A stretch of 64,000 bases of DNA. Source: Isurus oxyrinchus (taxonomy: Eukaryota). Position numbers and translations under genes: made by a program. The notes beneath the pieces were generated by a model. It saw only the letters and a program-made list of their open reading frames with translations, made no database searches and was not told the DNA's origin. Positions 1-11,286 of this stretch are shown in pieces. The stretch covers positions 558,001 to 622,000 of the forward strand of contig JANJGN010000151.1 of assembly GCA_026770705.1 (NCBI GenBank), in the 5' to 3' direction. The stretch's first letter is position 1. Every line of letters starts with the position of its first letter.

Positions 1-213
1 CCAGGCAGCCTCCAGAGTGGAAGCTTCATCATGTTCGAAAGAATGTGTACAGGAGCGCCAATATCAATCATTGGTTTTCTTCTTCGCTTAATTAGAAATG
101 CCAAGATCGTTGATCTAACGATCGGCAACACATTGATTTCCCACTCTGCCGTGTATTTCTGTGCCATGAGCCAAACACTGCTACAGAGGGATCGTGGAAC
201 GAAGACAAAAACT
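1..213 (+). pseudogene. TCR V segment 3' part (family A), frameshifted, with RSS
   Basis: QPPEWKLHHV...(frameshift)...KIVDLTIGNTLISHSAVYFCAMSQ. Heptamer-like AACACTG 174-180, 24-nt spacer, nonamer ACAAAAACT 205-213. Similar to the V at 13.1 kb. Confidence 0.85.
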
Positions 214-235
214 CACAGTTTTTTCAATTACCGCT

Positions 236-250
236 CAGCAGAGGGCGCTG
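236..250 (+). promoter_or_regulatory. CTCF-like motif downstream of RSS
   Basis: CAGCAGAGGGCGCTG, 22 nt after the nonamer. Confidence 0.6.
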
Positions 251-804
251 TCACACCCACAAAAAAAGGAAGAATTCTACTTCGAATGTGAGGTCACGCG
301 GACCTTTTCAAAAGATCATCACATTTAACAAGAACAGCTAATTACATTAGCTTGTCTTTAAAATTTGAATTTATAATAAAAACGAACTTTGTAAATGGCA
401 ATGTAATGCTTCAATCCCACTTATCCTTTTCGACGCATTTCCCTGCTGACTTCTTTCTTATCATCCCTTCTCCATTCGGTAAAAAAAATGTGTACAGTTT
501 CTTCTTTCAGTCTTTGATTTAAGGAGATGGCCCTTTGCTACTTCTCTGGGTATTAATTCACAACCCCTGCAACCCCGATGCCTATAGATTCAGCCCTGGA
601 TACGAGAGGTTATTCATGAAAAAAAATGCCTTTAATTGAATAATATAATAATCCTGATAGTCCTGTGCCGAATCTGCTCGTCCCCAGTATGGAATGAATA
701 TGTGAGTGCCGCAACTCTTCTAGAGAGACAGACTTATATCCTTTTCAAAGCGGATATTACTACTGGTTCGCTTCCTTGCAGATGAATCCGAATGTATGAT
801 ATCA

Positions 805-2055
805 TGAAGATAAAAGCAAAATACTGCGGATGAATCAAAAAGAAAAATACCTAGAAAGACTCAACAGGTCTGACAGAATCTACGAAGCGGAATACAGTTG
901 ACGTTTCGACTATGTATGACTCTTCATCAGAACTAAGGAAAAAGAGAAATGAGATGAAATATATGCTGTTGGGTGGGGGGGGGGGGGGGGGGGGGGCGGT
1001 GCCGTGTGGTGGGACAAGTAGAGCTGGGTAGGGGGCCAGTGATAGGTGGAGGCAAAGAAGAGATTGCCAAAGATGTCATAGACAAAATGACAAAGGGGTG
1101 TTGACGGTGGTGACATTATCTAAGGAATGTGCTCATGGGGATATTAAGGGTAGCAAGCAGGACAAGCTGGTGGCAGATGGCCCAATTGCGGGTGGGGCGG
1201 GGGGAAGGGATCGAATTGGGCTGAAAGGTGGAGATTAAAAAAATAGATCGAAATAAATTTTAAAATAGGTGGGGAAAAATATATTTTTATTATATATTAT
1301 TGGAAAAGGGGGTATCAGAAAGGGGGTGGAGATGGAAGAGAGAGTTCATGATCTGAAATTGTTGAACTCAATTTTAAGTCCAGAAGGCTGCAAAGTACCT
1401 AGTCGGAAGATGAGGTGTTCTTCCTCCAGTTTGCGTTGAACTTCACTGGAACCTTGCAGCAGGCCAAGGACGGACATGTGGGCATGAGAGCAGGGTGGAG
1501 TGTAGAAATGGCAAGCGACAGGGAGGTCTGGGTCATGCTTGCGGACAGGCCAAAGGTATTCTGCAAAGCGGTCACCCAGTCTGTGTTTGGTGTCTCCAAT
1601 GTAGAGGAAAGTGCATTGGAAGCAGCAAAGACAGTAGACTAAATTGAGGGAAGTGCAAGTGAAGCACTGCTGCACTTGAACGGAGTCTTAGGGCTCTTTG
1701 ACGGTGAGAAGGGGTAAGTGTTGTATCTTCTGCGGTTGCATGGGAAGGTGCCGTGGGAGGGGGTGAGGTGTAGGGGGTGATGAAGGAGTGGACCAGGGTA
1801 TCCTGGAGGGAATGATCCCTGCGGAAAGCCACCTGGGACGTGAAGGGATTATGTGTTTAATGGTGGAATCATGCTGGTTTTGGTGGAATTGACGGAGGAT
1901 GATCCTTTGAATGCAGAGGCTGGTGGAGTGATAAGTGAGGACACGGAGGACCCTATCATGGTTGTGGGAGGGAGAGGAAAGTGTGAGGATGGATGCGTAG
2001 GATATGGATCGGAACTGTTGAGGGCCTTGTCAACAACCGTGGGTGGAAAATCGAG
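805..2055 (-). mobile_element. Penelope-like retroelement fragment (GIY-YIG endonuclease plus terminal repeat), left arm of an inverted pair
   Basis: ORF 1346-1675 LYIGDTKHRLGDRFAEYL...LEEEHLIFRLGTLQPSGLKIEF. Hammerhead-like motif 895-935. TSD TGTATGATATCA at 793-804. Confidence 0.9.
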
Positions 2056-2059
2056 GGTG

Positions 2060-3057
2060 CTTCACTGCCCCTGGCGGCTTTCTGCAGGGATCGTTCCCTC
2101 TGGGACACCCTAGTCCACTCCTCCATCACCCCCTATACCTTAACACCTTTCCACGGCACCTTATCATGCATCTGCAGAAGTTGCAACACCTGCCCCTTTA
2201 CTTCCCCCCTCCTCACCGTCCAAGAGCCCAAAGACTCCTTTCAAGTGCAGCAGTGCTTCACTTGCACTTCCCTCAATTTAGTCGATTGCATTCGCTGCTC
2301 CCAATGTGGTCTCCTGCACCTTGGAGAGACGAAACGGAGACTGGGTGACCGCTTTGTGGAACACCTTCAGCCTGTCTGCAAGCATGACCCAGACCTCCCT
2401 GTCGCTTGCCATTTCAACACACGACCCTGCTCTCATGCCCACATGTCCGTCCTTGGCCTGCTGCATTGTTCCAGTGAAGCTCAACACAAACTGGAGGAAC
2501 AGCACCTCATCTTCCGACTTTAGGCACTTTATAGCCATCTGGACTTAATATTCAGTTTAACAATTTCAGATCATGAACTCTCTCTTCCATCCCCACCCCC
2601 TTTCGGATCACCCTTTTTCCCATAAATTATAATTTTAAAACATATATATTTCTCTTTTCCCAACTATTTTGAAATTTAATTCGTTCTATTGTTTTATCTC
2701 CACCTTTCAGCTCATTTCAAACCCTTCCCCCCACCCAACACCCATTATGTCCATCTGCCACTAGCTTGTCCTGCTTGCTACCCTTAGGGTCCCTATTCCT
2801 TAGATAATATCACCACCGTCAACACCCCTTTGTCCTTTTGTCTATGACATCTTTGGCAATCTCTTCGTTGCCTCCTTATCACTGTCCCCCAATCCAGCTC
2901 TACCTGTCCCACCCACCTCTGCCATCTTATAGTTCACCACATTTCTCTGTTTTCCTAGTTCTGATGAAGAGTAATGTGGACTCGAAACGTCAATTGTATT
3001 CTTCTCCGTGGATGCTGTCAGACCTGCTGAGCTTTTCCAGGTATTTTTGTTTTGTTG
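2060..3057 (+). mobile_element. Penelope-like retroelement fragment, right arm of the inverted pair
   Basis: ORF 1993-2523 CIRCSQCGLLHLGETKRRLGDRFVEHL. TSD copy at 3058-3069. Confidence 0.9.
2956..2996 (+). ncRNA. Minimal type-I hammerhead ribozyme motif in Penelope terminal repeat
   Basis: TAGTT-CTGATGA-A-GAGT(aatgtgg)ACTC-GAAA-CGTC-AATTG: conserved core, stem II GAGT/ACTC, palindromic ACGT stem III, stem I TAGTT/AATTG. Confidence 0.65.
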
Positions 3058-3484
3058 TGTATGATATCACTGCCTGCTATAACACCGCCCATATCATCAT
3101 CCACTGCTGTCGTCAGTATGACCCGCCTTCTTTGCCGTTTATTATTGGAGAGTTTGCTGCCTTTGTTCTCTGATGTAATTGATTGGATGTGGGCGGCCCC
3201 GTGTTAGCTCAGAGAGAGTGTGAGCCAATGTCACTATGAAGTAGTCAATGTAGGTGGCCAGGACATGAGTTCAGAGACAGTGTGAACCGGTGTTCGTGTG
3301 AATCCTGAAGCGGTAAACTCCAAGGCTCGGCTTATTTCGCTAGTCCGACAGAAAAGCGCCTTGAGTTGGACCTGAAGCGAATGTTTGGTTCCTTGTTCAA
3401 TCTTCAGAATACAATATCCTTTTCCTGGCCGTAACCTGATCTCCGTGGACAATTGCTTCAGCTGGTATTTCATGTGATCTGATA

Positions 3485-3850
3485 ATGCTGTGGATTTACA
3501 GAGTCTGTTTTCTCTTATCCATTCTGATCTCCACTGAAGTGACCGGTGAAGATGAGGTGACGAAGCTCCCAGTGTGAATTGTTGTCAGTGAAGCGGGAAT
3601 CGTATCCATGAACTGCACCATCATCAGTGGGATGAACGTGGTGTGTTGGTACAGGCAGCTCCCCAATCAGCCACCCCAACATCTTGTAGTGGCCACAAGA
3701 GGAACTGATCAACACGGGAGGATCTCTGCTTCAGTCGGGGGAGACAACAAACTTAGTATCCTGGCCATGAGGGATGCGCAAGTTACAGGCACTGCCTCCT
3801 ATCTAAGTGCCACGAGTGTAACAAACAAATTGAGAGCTCGTACAGAAACC
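3485..3850 (+). pseudogene. TCR V pseudogene (family E; leader and V in one exon)
   Basis: MLWIYRVCFLLSILISTEVTGEDEVTKLPV*IVVSEAGIVSMNCTII...WYRQLPNQPPQHL...ASYLSA. Stop at 3575. RSS ACGAGTG-23-ACAGAAACC. Confidence 0.85.
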
Positions 3851-3909
3851 TACACAGAGTGGGGGCTCAGGTCTACGATGTTTCCATGATCGGCTTGTGA
3901 ATTATGTGA

Positions 3910-4078
3910 NNNNNNNNNNNNNNNNNNNNNNNNNNNNNNNNNNNNNNNNNNNNNNNNNNNNNNNNNNNNNNNNNNNNNNNNNNNNNNNNNNNNNNNNNNN
4001 NNNNNNNNNNNNNNNNNNNNNNNNNNNNNNNNNNNNNNNNNNNNNNNNNNNNNNNNNNNNNNNNNNNNNNNNNNNNNN
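3910..4078. other. Assembly gap
   Basis: N run. Confidence 1.
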
Positions 4079-4694
4079 TGGGGACGGTGTTAAGGGCAAG
4101 AGCAAGGCAGTATAATATATAAAGGTTTAAACGTGATCAGAAATGCAGGGAGTTAGAAACATAGATGCTGAGAAAGGAAGCACAAACGCACAAGCCAGAA
4201 TGAGTGAGAGGCAATGGTAAAGCGAATAGGTACAGGAATCATTCGTGAAAAGCTCATAACATGAGATAAATATGGAAAAATAAATGAAAGAAAGTGGAAA
4301 ATAACGAACGTCATTCAAAGAGTTTAAAGATTAGATGAAATCATAAATGTAAAGAACCTCAAATAAAATAGAATTCATTTATATTTAACAACACTCATAC
4401 TTCTCTGTTAGTTCCAAAGCTAAATTTTCTGAAAATGTTGCCTAAACACTGGTCATTGAATCGTGCCACATGGATACATTTCCACCTTTCTCTTTGTTCT
4501 GATGTTGAAAAGTTCTCATGGGTTCCGCTAGGATAACGTGTGATCACACGTTACTCCCTGTTATCCACTGGACATTATAGGGGCAGAACTGGCAGTTACC
4601 CTGCACAAGCAGCCCCACCCACAGGTTTCCTTCGTTGTTATTCGTTTTGACCCTCATTGCTTGCTCTGTAGTAATGGGTACATTTAATGGAAAG

Positions 4695-5055
4695 ACAGTG
4701 GTATAATGGTTATGTTGTTGCACTAGTAATTGAGCGACTCGGTTGCATGGGTTTAAGTCCCTCCACACAGCATGTGGCAAATTTAAATTTAAAGAGCAAA
4801 ACCTGGGAATGAAATCAAGTTTTGTAATAGTGACCATGAAAGTAACATTGATTGGTGTACCGATGTCCTTTGGGGAAGAAAATCTGCCATCTCTTCCTGG
4901 CCTGATCTACATGAGAATCAAGACCCGCAGCAATGTGTTTGGCTCATAACTCCCCTCCGAGACAGCCTCACCAACCACTCAGCTCATGGGCAATTAGGGA
5001 TCGGCAACAAATGGGTCTTGTCAGCGACGCCTACATCTCATCAAATAATTTTAAA
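4695..5055 (+). mobile_element. tRNA-derived SINE with LINE-like tail
   Basis: tRNA-like head, core similar to 20585-20930 and 57140-57470, tail GGGCAATTAGGGAT...GACGCCTACATC. Confidence 0.65.
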
Positions 5056-5329
5056 AAGCCAAAAAGAATGGTAAAGAGTATTCTGAACAAACTAATCATG
5101 TCTCCAGATGAGGTGTGAATGGATCCTTGGCGGCTGCCCAAATGCAATATGAAGGGATAAAGAAAGAAACGAGACAAGAAAGAACCAGCAAAAAAAAACA
5201 TGAAAACGACGGAGGCAGAGGTCATCATCTATAATTGAACACAGTGTTAAATACAGAAGGCTGTAAAGAAAATTGAAAAATAGCAGCATTGCTTTGAAAT
5301 TGGTATCAGTGCTTTCACACTTTGTTGCA

Positions 5330-5765
5330 TATTGTCAGCCTTGGTTCAGTTGGTGACACATTCCCAGCAGCATCAAAATGTTCTGGGTTCAACCTCACTC
5401 CAGGACTTGAGCACAAAAATCAATGCTGACGCTCAGGTGAATCACTGGAGGAGAATTACATCAGGGGACGTATTTTGGATGAGGCATTAACACGATCTAC
5501 ACCTCTCTGCTCAGGTGAATGTAAAATATCTCATGACACTCTTTGTAAGAAAAGCATGGGAATTATCCAATTTTCATCCCTCAATCAACATCACACATAC
5601 TGGCTATCCCATTGCTATATGTCAATTTGCTGTATGGACATTAACGACAACAGCTCCTAAATTACAACAATGATCACACTTCAACAAGCGCTTCAATGGC
5701 GATAAGTTCTTTGATACGTCCATTAATTGGGGAAAATGCTAACTGAATGTAAGGTTATTTCCTTC
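5330..5765 (+). mobile_element. Old SINE (Deu-domain-like)
   Basis: tRNA-like head (GGTTCAAC) and GGATGAG...CTCAGGTGAATGTAAAATATC core, similar to 32830-33200 and 52350-52720. Confidence 0.5.
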
Positions 5766-6369
5766 TTTCATTATCATTTACGATACAATTACCACTATTG
5801 ACATATTGAAACATCAGCAAGAAAGGTTCGTTATGCACACATCTGGGTAAGGTTCAAAGCATATTTTCGGACTGAAATAATGAAATTCCTCTTTCCACAC
5901 AGTGTGAGAGCAAAGTGAAACAAGGTTTCACTCACACTGGAGGAGAGAAACAGATCAGAATTGATGGATTTTACAAAGAAAGGCGAGAATTAGGGTCTCC
6001 CTGGAAAAGCGAACAACACCAAGAAGGAGGGAAAATCTATTCTCATTTGTAACTATACTGTAAAATACAACTTGCCGGATTCAGCAACAGTAAAAACACC
6101 TCGCAATTATTAGTATACAAGAGGGCAATGTGAACTACTGGGTGTAGGCACCGCAATATGAGCTCAGAGAGTGTAGGCAGGTCTCCGTCAAAGACAGTGA
6201 GCATGGGTGGCCCGGTGTGAGCTCAGAGAGCGTGAACTGTCTCAGTGAGAAACACTGAGTGTAGGCAGCCCAGTGTGAACTCAGAGAGTGTGAGCTGGTG
6301 TCCTGGAGAAAGACTGAGTTTTGGTGCTGCCTGTGAGTTGAGGGGCAAGGAAAGCGTTGCTTCAATTAA

Positions 6370-6895
6370 ATAGAAGATTGGTTAGGTCACACCTAGAGTA
6401 CTGTGTGCAGTTTTGTCCCCCTTAACTCAGAAATAGTATCGCTTCGAGGTAGTGCAGCGAAGGTTCACCAGACTTGTTCCTGGAATGGTGGTACTGTCTT
6501 ATGAGGAGAGATTGGGGAAACTGGGCCTGCATTCTCTGAAGTTTCGAAGAATGAGAGGTGATCTGATTGAAACCTACAGAACACTTAAAATAATAGACAG
6601 GGTACATGCAGGTAAGATGTTTCCCCCCACTGGAGAGCCTAGAACCAGGGGACACAATTTTAAAATAATGGGGAAGCGACCAATGGCAAAGATGAGTGGA
6701 AATTTCTTTACTCTGAGAGTTGCGAATCTTTGGAATTCTCCACCCCAGAGGGCCATGAAAGTTCAGTCTTTGAGTGTAATTAAGGTACAATTGATAGATT
6801 TCCGATTAACAATAACGTAAGGGGTTATGGAGATAGTATGGGTAAAAGCCAGGGCAGGCTCGACAGGCTGAATGGCCTTCTCCTGTTCCTATTGT
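6370..6895 (+). mobile_element. CR1-type LINE 3' fragment
   Basis: QRRFTRLVPGM..LSYEERLGKLGLHSL..RRMRGDLIETY, typical CR1 ORF2 C-terminus plus 3' tail. Confidence 0.9.
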
Positions 6896-7101
6896 AAGCT
6901 GCCATTAGTGAGAAGCATGGAAGGTGGAAGCTCCAGAGTAGGCACATTCCGAGCACATGTTCTTTCGGTTTTCCACACGAAGAAACCTCTGAATTTGGTC
7001 TGAAGCGTGGGTCTGGCTGATTGTTAATTCTCCTGAATCTCCTCTCGTGCCCTGGTTCTCCGTGGACAATTCGGTCTACAAGCATTTCATCCGGTTCAAT
7101 A

Positions 7102-7442
7102 ATGTTCCAGATTTACTGGGTTTTCGTGATGGTTTATGCACTTCTCAAGTGAAGCTGAGGTTGTTCAGCACCCTGGGCGGCTGGTTCTCAGTGACGTGGG
7201 AATCGTATCCATGAACTGCTCGGCTACCGTCTCGTACTGGGACAGACTCCGCCCGTAACAGCCCCTCCAGCATCTGGTTATGGCCACATGTGGTACCGAT
7301 CAACAAGGAAGGATCACTGTTGCAATCCGGTGAGTCAATAAATTTAGCACAATGACCTTGAGGGACATCCGAATGACAGACAGCGCCACCTATCTCTGTG
7401 CTGTGAGGCCACAGAGTAGCAAACAGAGTCCGTACAGAAACC
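7102..7442 (+). pseudogene. TCR V pseudogene (family E)
   Basis: MFQIYWVFV...VSMNCSA..YWDRL..*..QHLVMA...DSATYLCAVR. RSS CACAGAG-17-ACAGAAACC (spacer shortened). Confidence 0.85.
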
Positions 7443-8522
7443 CTGTGGGAGAGCTCCTCTGCTGTGTTTTGGCATATCCGGTAATAATAATGGAAATCTA
7501 TAGTGCATGAGCTTAAAATAGAAAATAATGAAGAGAGAGAGATCAAAAAGTGCGAAATAAAGATAAATGGAAACCCAGGCAGGGAAAACAGAGGAGCAAA
7601 CATGGAAAGGAAGATTGAGAGCAAGAATGGGTAGAAACGTTTGCCAATTCATTTCAGGGAAAGGACATTAACAAAATAAGAAAAGATGAATAAAGGAAAG
7701 TGCAAATAACTAGTGGGAAAAGCAAATGTAGAAGTAAACCTTGAAGGAAAAGATGTAACAACGAGAAAACTGCATTTTCCTTTAAACTCCCTTCCCCCCA
7801 GGAGATATTTCAATTGCCTGAAATAGGTCTCTGAATAAAAAGCTGGAAGCTGCCGGAAGATGTTGATTCCTTTGTGAGGTACATTTCTCCAGCCTCTATT
7901 CATTCTATCAGGAAAAAAATTTACTGGATTCGAACACCCAGCGCCTGATATGTTCCTTTCCAGAGCCACTGGCAGAAAGTGACAGGTTTCCTCCTACACA
8001 TGGAGGAGAGGAACTTGCTGGTCTTCAGACAACTGGCCTGTTCAGGTGTGAGCCGCTGGGCTAGGGAGCAGCAGCTCAACAAACTGCTTCTTACGTCGTA
8101 TGAACAATAGTTACAACCAACCCAGAAGCAGAAATTCCACGTGATTTGAAATTGGTTCCTTTAGGTATCTGGTAATGTGTTTACCCGATATGTGTTCATC
8201 TAATGCCAGCTGTTTCATGTTTGCTTATTGACCTGTAAACTTAAGGATGTGTCTAGTATTCCTCATTCTGGCGCTGCTGAGATGTAGGTACAGGAACTGT
8301 ACTCAATAACAAACAGTCCTTCTTTCTTTATTCTGGTTGCTTCAGTGCTTCATTGTTTGCATATTCTTTACAGTCGATATCTCTCGTACCGATAAATAAA
8401 TATTATTTTATTCTACTAAATTGCTCTGATAACAAATTACAATTTTTTGACTGATTTCACTTGTATCACTCGCACTTCGAATACCCGTGAGCTGGTTGTT
8501 CCCTCAGTCTCCATGTCGAGAG

Positions 8523-8841
8523 TGTCTATGTACAAGATTCTCACCTATTGGTTTCCCGTGTCTCACTGCACTGTAATACACCGCAGTGTCTGATAGCCGG
8601 ACTATGATAACGGTGAGAGTGATGGAGCATTTCTCACTGCTCCAGGATACTTTAAACCTTCCCGCAACTATTTCATCTCTGAGTGTGGGGACATAATACT
8701 AGGGAGCTCGTTTGGAGAATTGCCGGTAACAGAATCCAAGATCACTGGTAGCGAAAGTAGCAGAATGATGAAGTGAAATAGTTTGTCCTTCACTTCCCCC
8801 ATACACCGAGATCCGAAATGTCTCCGACTTACAAACAACAG
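8523..8841 (-). pseudogene. TCR V pseudogene (family C, no canonical cysteines)
   Basis: SEGQTISLHHSATF...FCYRQFSKRAP*...GRFKVS...LSDTAVYYSAVR. RSS CACGGGA-22-ACATAGACA. Confidence 0.8.
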
Positions 8842-8951
8842 CTGCGAGAACAAGAATAAAATTAGCATCATGATATGTAAAAGGAACATAATTATATGAA
8901 ATTATATAAATCTATAATTGTTTTTGCATAATAAACTGATATATCTTCCTC

Positions 8952-9084
8952 NNNNNNNNNNNNNNNNNNNNNNNNNNNNNNNNNNNNNNNNNNNNNNNNN
9001 NNNNNNNNNNNNNNNNNNNNNNNNNNNNNNNNNNNNNNNNNNNNNNNNNNNNNNNNNNNNNNNNNNNNNNNNNNNNNNNNNNNN
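8952..9084. other. Assembly gap
   Basis: N run. Confidence 1.
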
Positions 9085-9371
9085 TCTATTTATCTCCTTG
9101 CTTATGTTTCGTTTTCTCGTTTATGTACCTATCTAGGTATATGAGAGTCACATACCTTTGTCTGTCCATATCTTTACTTCGTATGTTCTATAACCAAGTT
9201 TTACTTAATATGTTTCTGGGCGCCGTATCTACAGCAACAGCCTTGGAATTTTCTAACTTTATCCAGATGGAGGTTTGAAAATGAGAAAGTAACATTTCTG
9301 ACCATCGCCGGCATTTCAAAAGGCCCCGTTTGGGTAAAAGTTAAAGGTGCAGCGGAGAAGGGCAGTGAACA

Positions 9372-9839
9372 AGATATTGTACGGCCTGATCCGCTCTATG
9401 TCTCACTGTGTCTGCTTCACGCAGTGATAGATTCCGGCATCCTGGACGGCTGTGTTGTCTATAGATATGGTGTTGAAATTCTTCACTCGATCAAAGAACA
9501 ATGCGGAGCGTCCTTCTGTCCGCTCTCCTGATATTAGGAGCCAGTAAGTGTCGGAGCCCCTGACAGTGTTTGCCTGTACCAGGCTACTGTATGACCAGAG
9601 CCAATAGAGAGCCGACAGCTCATTTCAACCCGTTCCCCTTCCCGACACACCACCTGCTCAGGGTGGGAGCTCTGATCCTCAAACTGAACGACTGTAAACA
9701 GAGGGAAAATTCCACAAACTACGACAGGGTATTAAGAGATTGGTTAGACAATGCATCTGACTAGGTAAATAAACTCACACAATATCCAGAGCATCAGGGA
9801 CCCTATTGTAAACAGGCCTTTGCAGGGGTTTCTGTTCAT
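9372..9839 (-). pseudogene. TCR V pseudogene (family D), single frameshift
   Basis: Leader 9839-9779 MNRNPCKGLFTIGSLMLWIL/GT. V exon 9691-9411 EGERVEMSCRL..AWYRQ..(fs)..QDAGIYHCVKQ. RSS CACAGTG-23-ACAATATCT. Confidence 0.88.
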
Positions 9840-10809
9840 GATGACGAAGATGAACAAAAGGCGGATCCATCAGGGTCTGATTTCCAAGCTGGAACTTGCT
9901 GCCGAGCCCAGGGTTCACTGGTGGAGAGGAGGGGGAGAGTGAGAGCTTCACATCCTCCGCTTATAGTGAATGACTGATGAGTGATTTTCTCACCAATCGA
10001 CTTATTATTGGTTGCTGTCATCAGGCGTCATTCAGTGCATCACGCAGGGACTGGCTGTCTCAATGCAGAGAACTCTTGACCAGTCACTGGGAATGAATTT
10101 TTCCTTCTCTTTACAACAATAGATTATTTTATTTAGGTTGATTGGATCTCTGGGGTATTTTTAACGTCAGTGGTCATCGCCGGCTCAAAATCATTTAATT
10201 TAGCAGGGTTGTTTGCTGGTTCCTCATTGCCTGTAAATAATTTTACTCCTTTGCCTTTAAATCCACATTTGCTTCATATTTGCTTTCTGTACCAGTGCAG
10301 TTTATATTTACCACGCCGCCTCAATGCTCTTTGGACACTATGGTTTCATTGAATGAGACAAACGTAAACTACATTTCCTGATTGACTTTCACTCCGATAT
10401 CAATGAGAGAACTCCAGGCTGACATTCACGCCGCCTGGAAGTGTTTACGCGTAACTGTGCGCTTGCCGAATTTGTGCAATCCTGTATTCACCCCACTGTT
10501 CCGCGTTTTACTCCGGAGGGAATGTTTCCTTTAAGGGGAGATTGACCCACCAGACATCAAGACCAACAAGATAAAAATATCAGAATGTTGGAGGTAATCA
10601 GAGAAACCAACTGTCTGCAGCTCTCCTTGATTGGTGGGGAACTGTCATTATCTCCAACAGACCAGCCAATCCTCTCTCGGGTAACCACTCCTCTATTTCT
10701 AAAAAAGTGAGATCTGATCCTGATCTGGGTTGCACTTTAATATCAGACCAGAGGGATCAACATATTTAGAATAACCTGTGGTTTTCTGTTGCGCTCGATA
10801 CCAGGCACC

Positions 10810-11286
10810 ATGTGCTCCCCATGTTCGTTACTGATAATGATGCACTTGCTGCCTGGTCACTCTATGTCTACATTGTCAGTGTGTTTACAGGGGTTATATT
10901 TCCTCACTGACTTTTGAAAAATTCTGCATTTGTGTTACGGGAACGAGTGGCGCGGATTCAGTGTCCCAAGATCCGTCTGAATGAATGATTCTGGAAGGAC
11001 AGAGCATAGCATTGGACTGCAGTTACTCGACAACCGACCCTGCCCAAACTCTGTCCTGGTACAACCAGCATCCTGGCGAAGCTCCGAGATATTTACTGAA
11101 AATATAAAGTTGGGGGATGAAGAGTAGTCTCCAAACTTAACAGACAGGTTCTTTGCTGATTTGCACATAGGAAACAAAACTGCTCATTTAAATTTCTCCG
11201 GGGCTCTTCTCTCCGACAGCGCCGTGTATTTCTGTGCCAATGAACCCAAACTGCAAAAGAGATATAGCAGGTCCGGAGCAAAAACC
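10810..11286 (+). pseudogene. TCR V pseudogene (family F)
   Basis: Leader MCSPCSLLIMMHLLP. DSVSQDPSE*..LDCSYS..WYNQHPGEAPRYLL..*..LSDSAVYFCA. RSS CAAACTG-24-GCAAAAACC. CTCF-like motif 11311-11325. Confidence 0.9.

Noticed and set aside
5239-5910. Isolated CACAGTG heptamers (also near 11360, 25604, 26947, 28150, 51421)
   Set aside because: No nonamer at 12 or 23 nt; expected by chance.
8523-9839. NAR-TCR-like cassette (V followed closely by a supporting V)
   Set aside because: No D or J motif (FGxG/WGxG with RSS and donor) is visible between the two V genes, neither resembles IgNAR V, and part of the interval is a gap.
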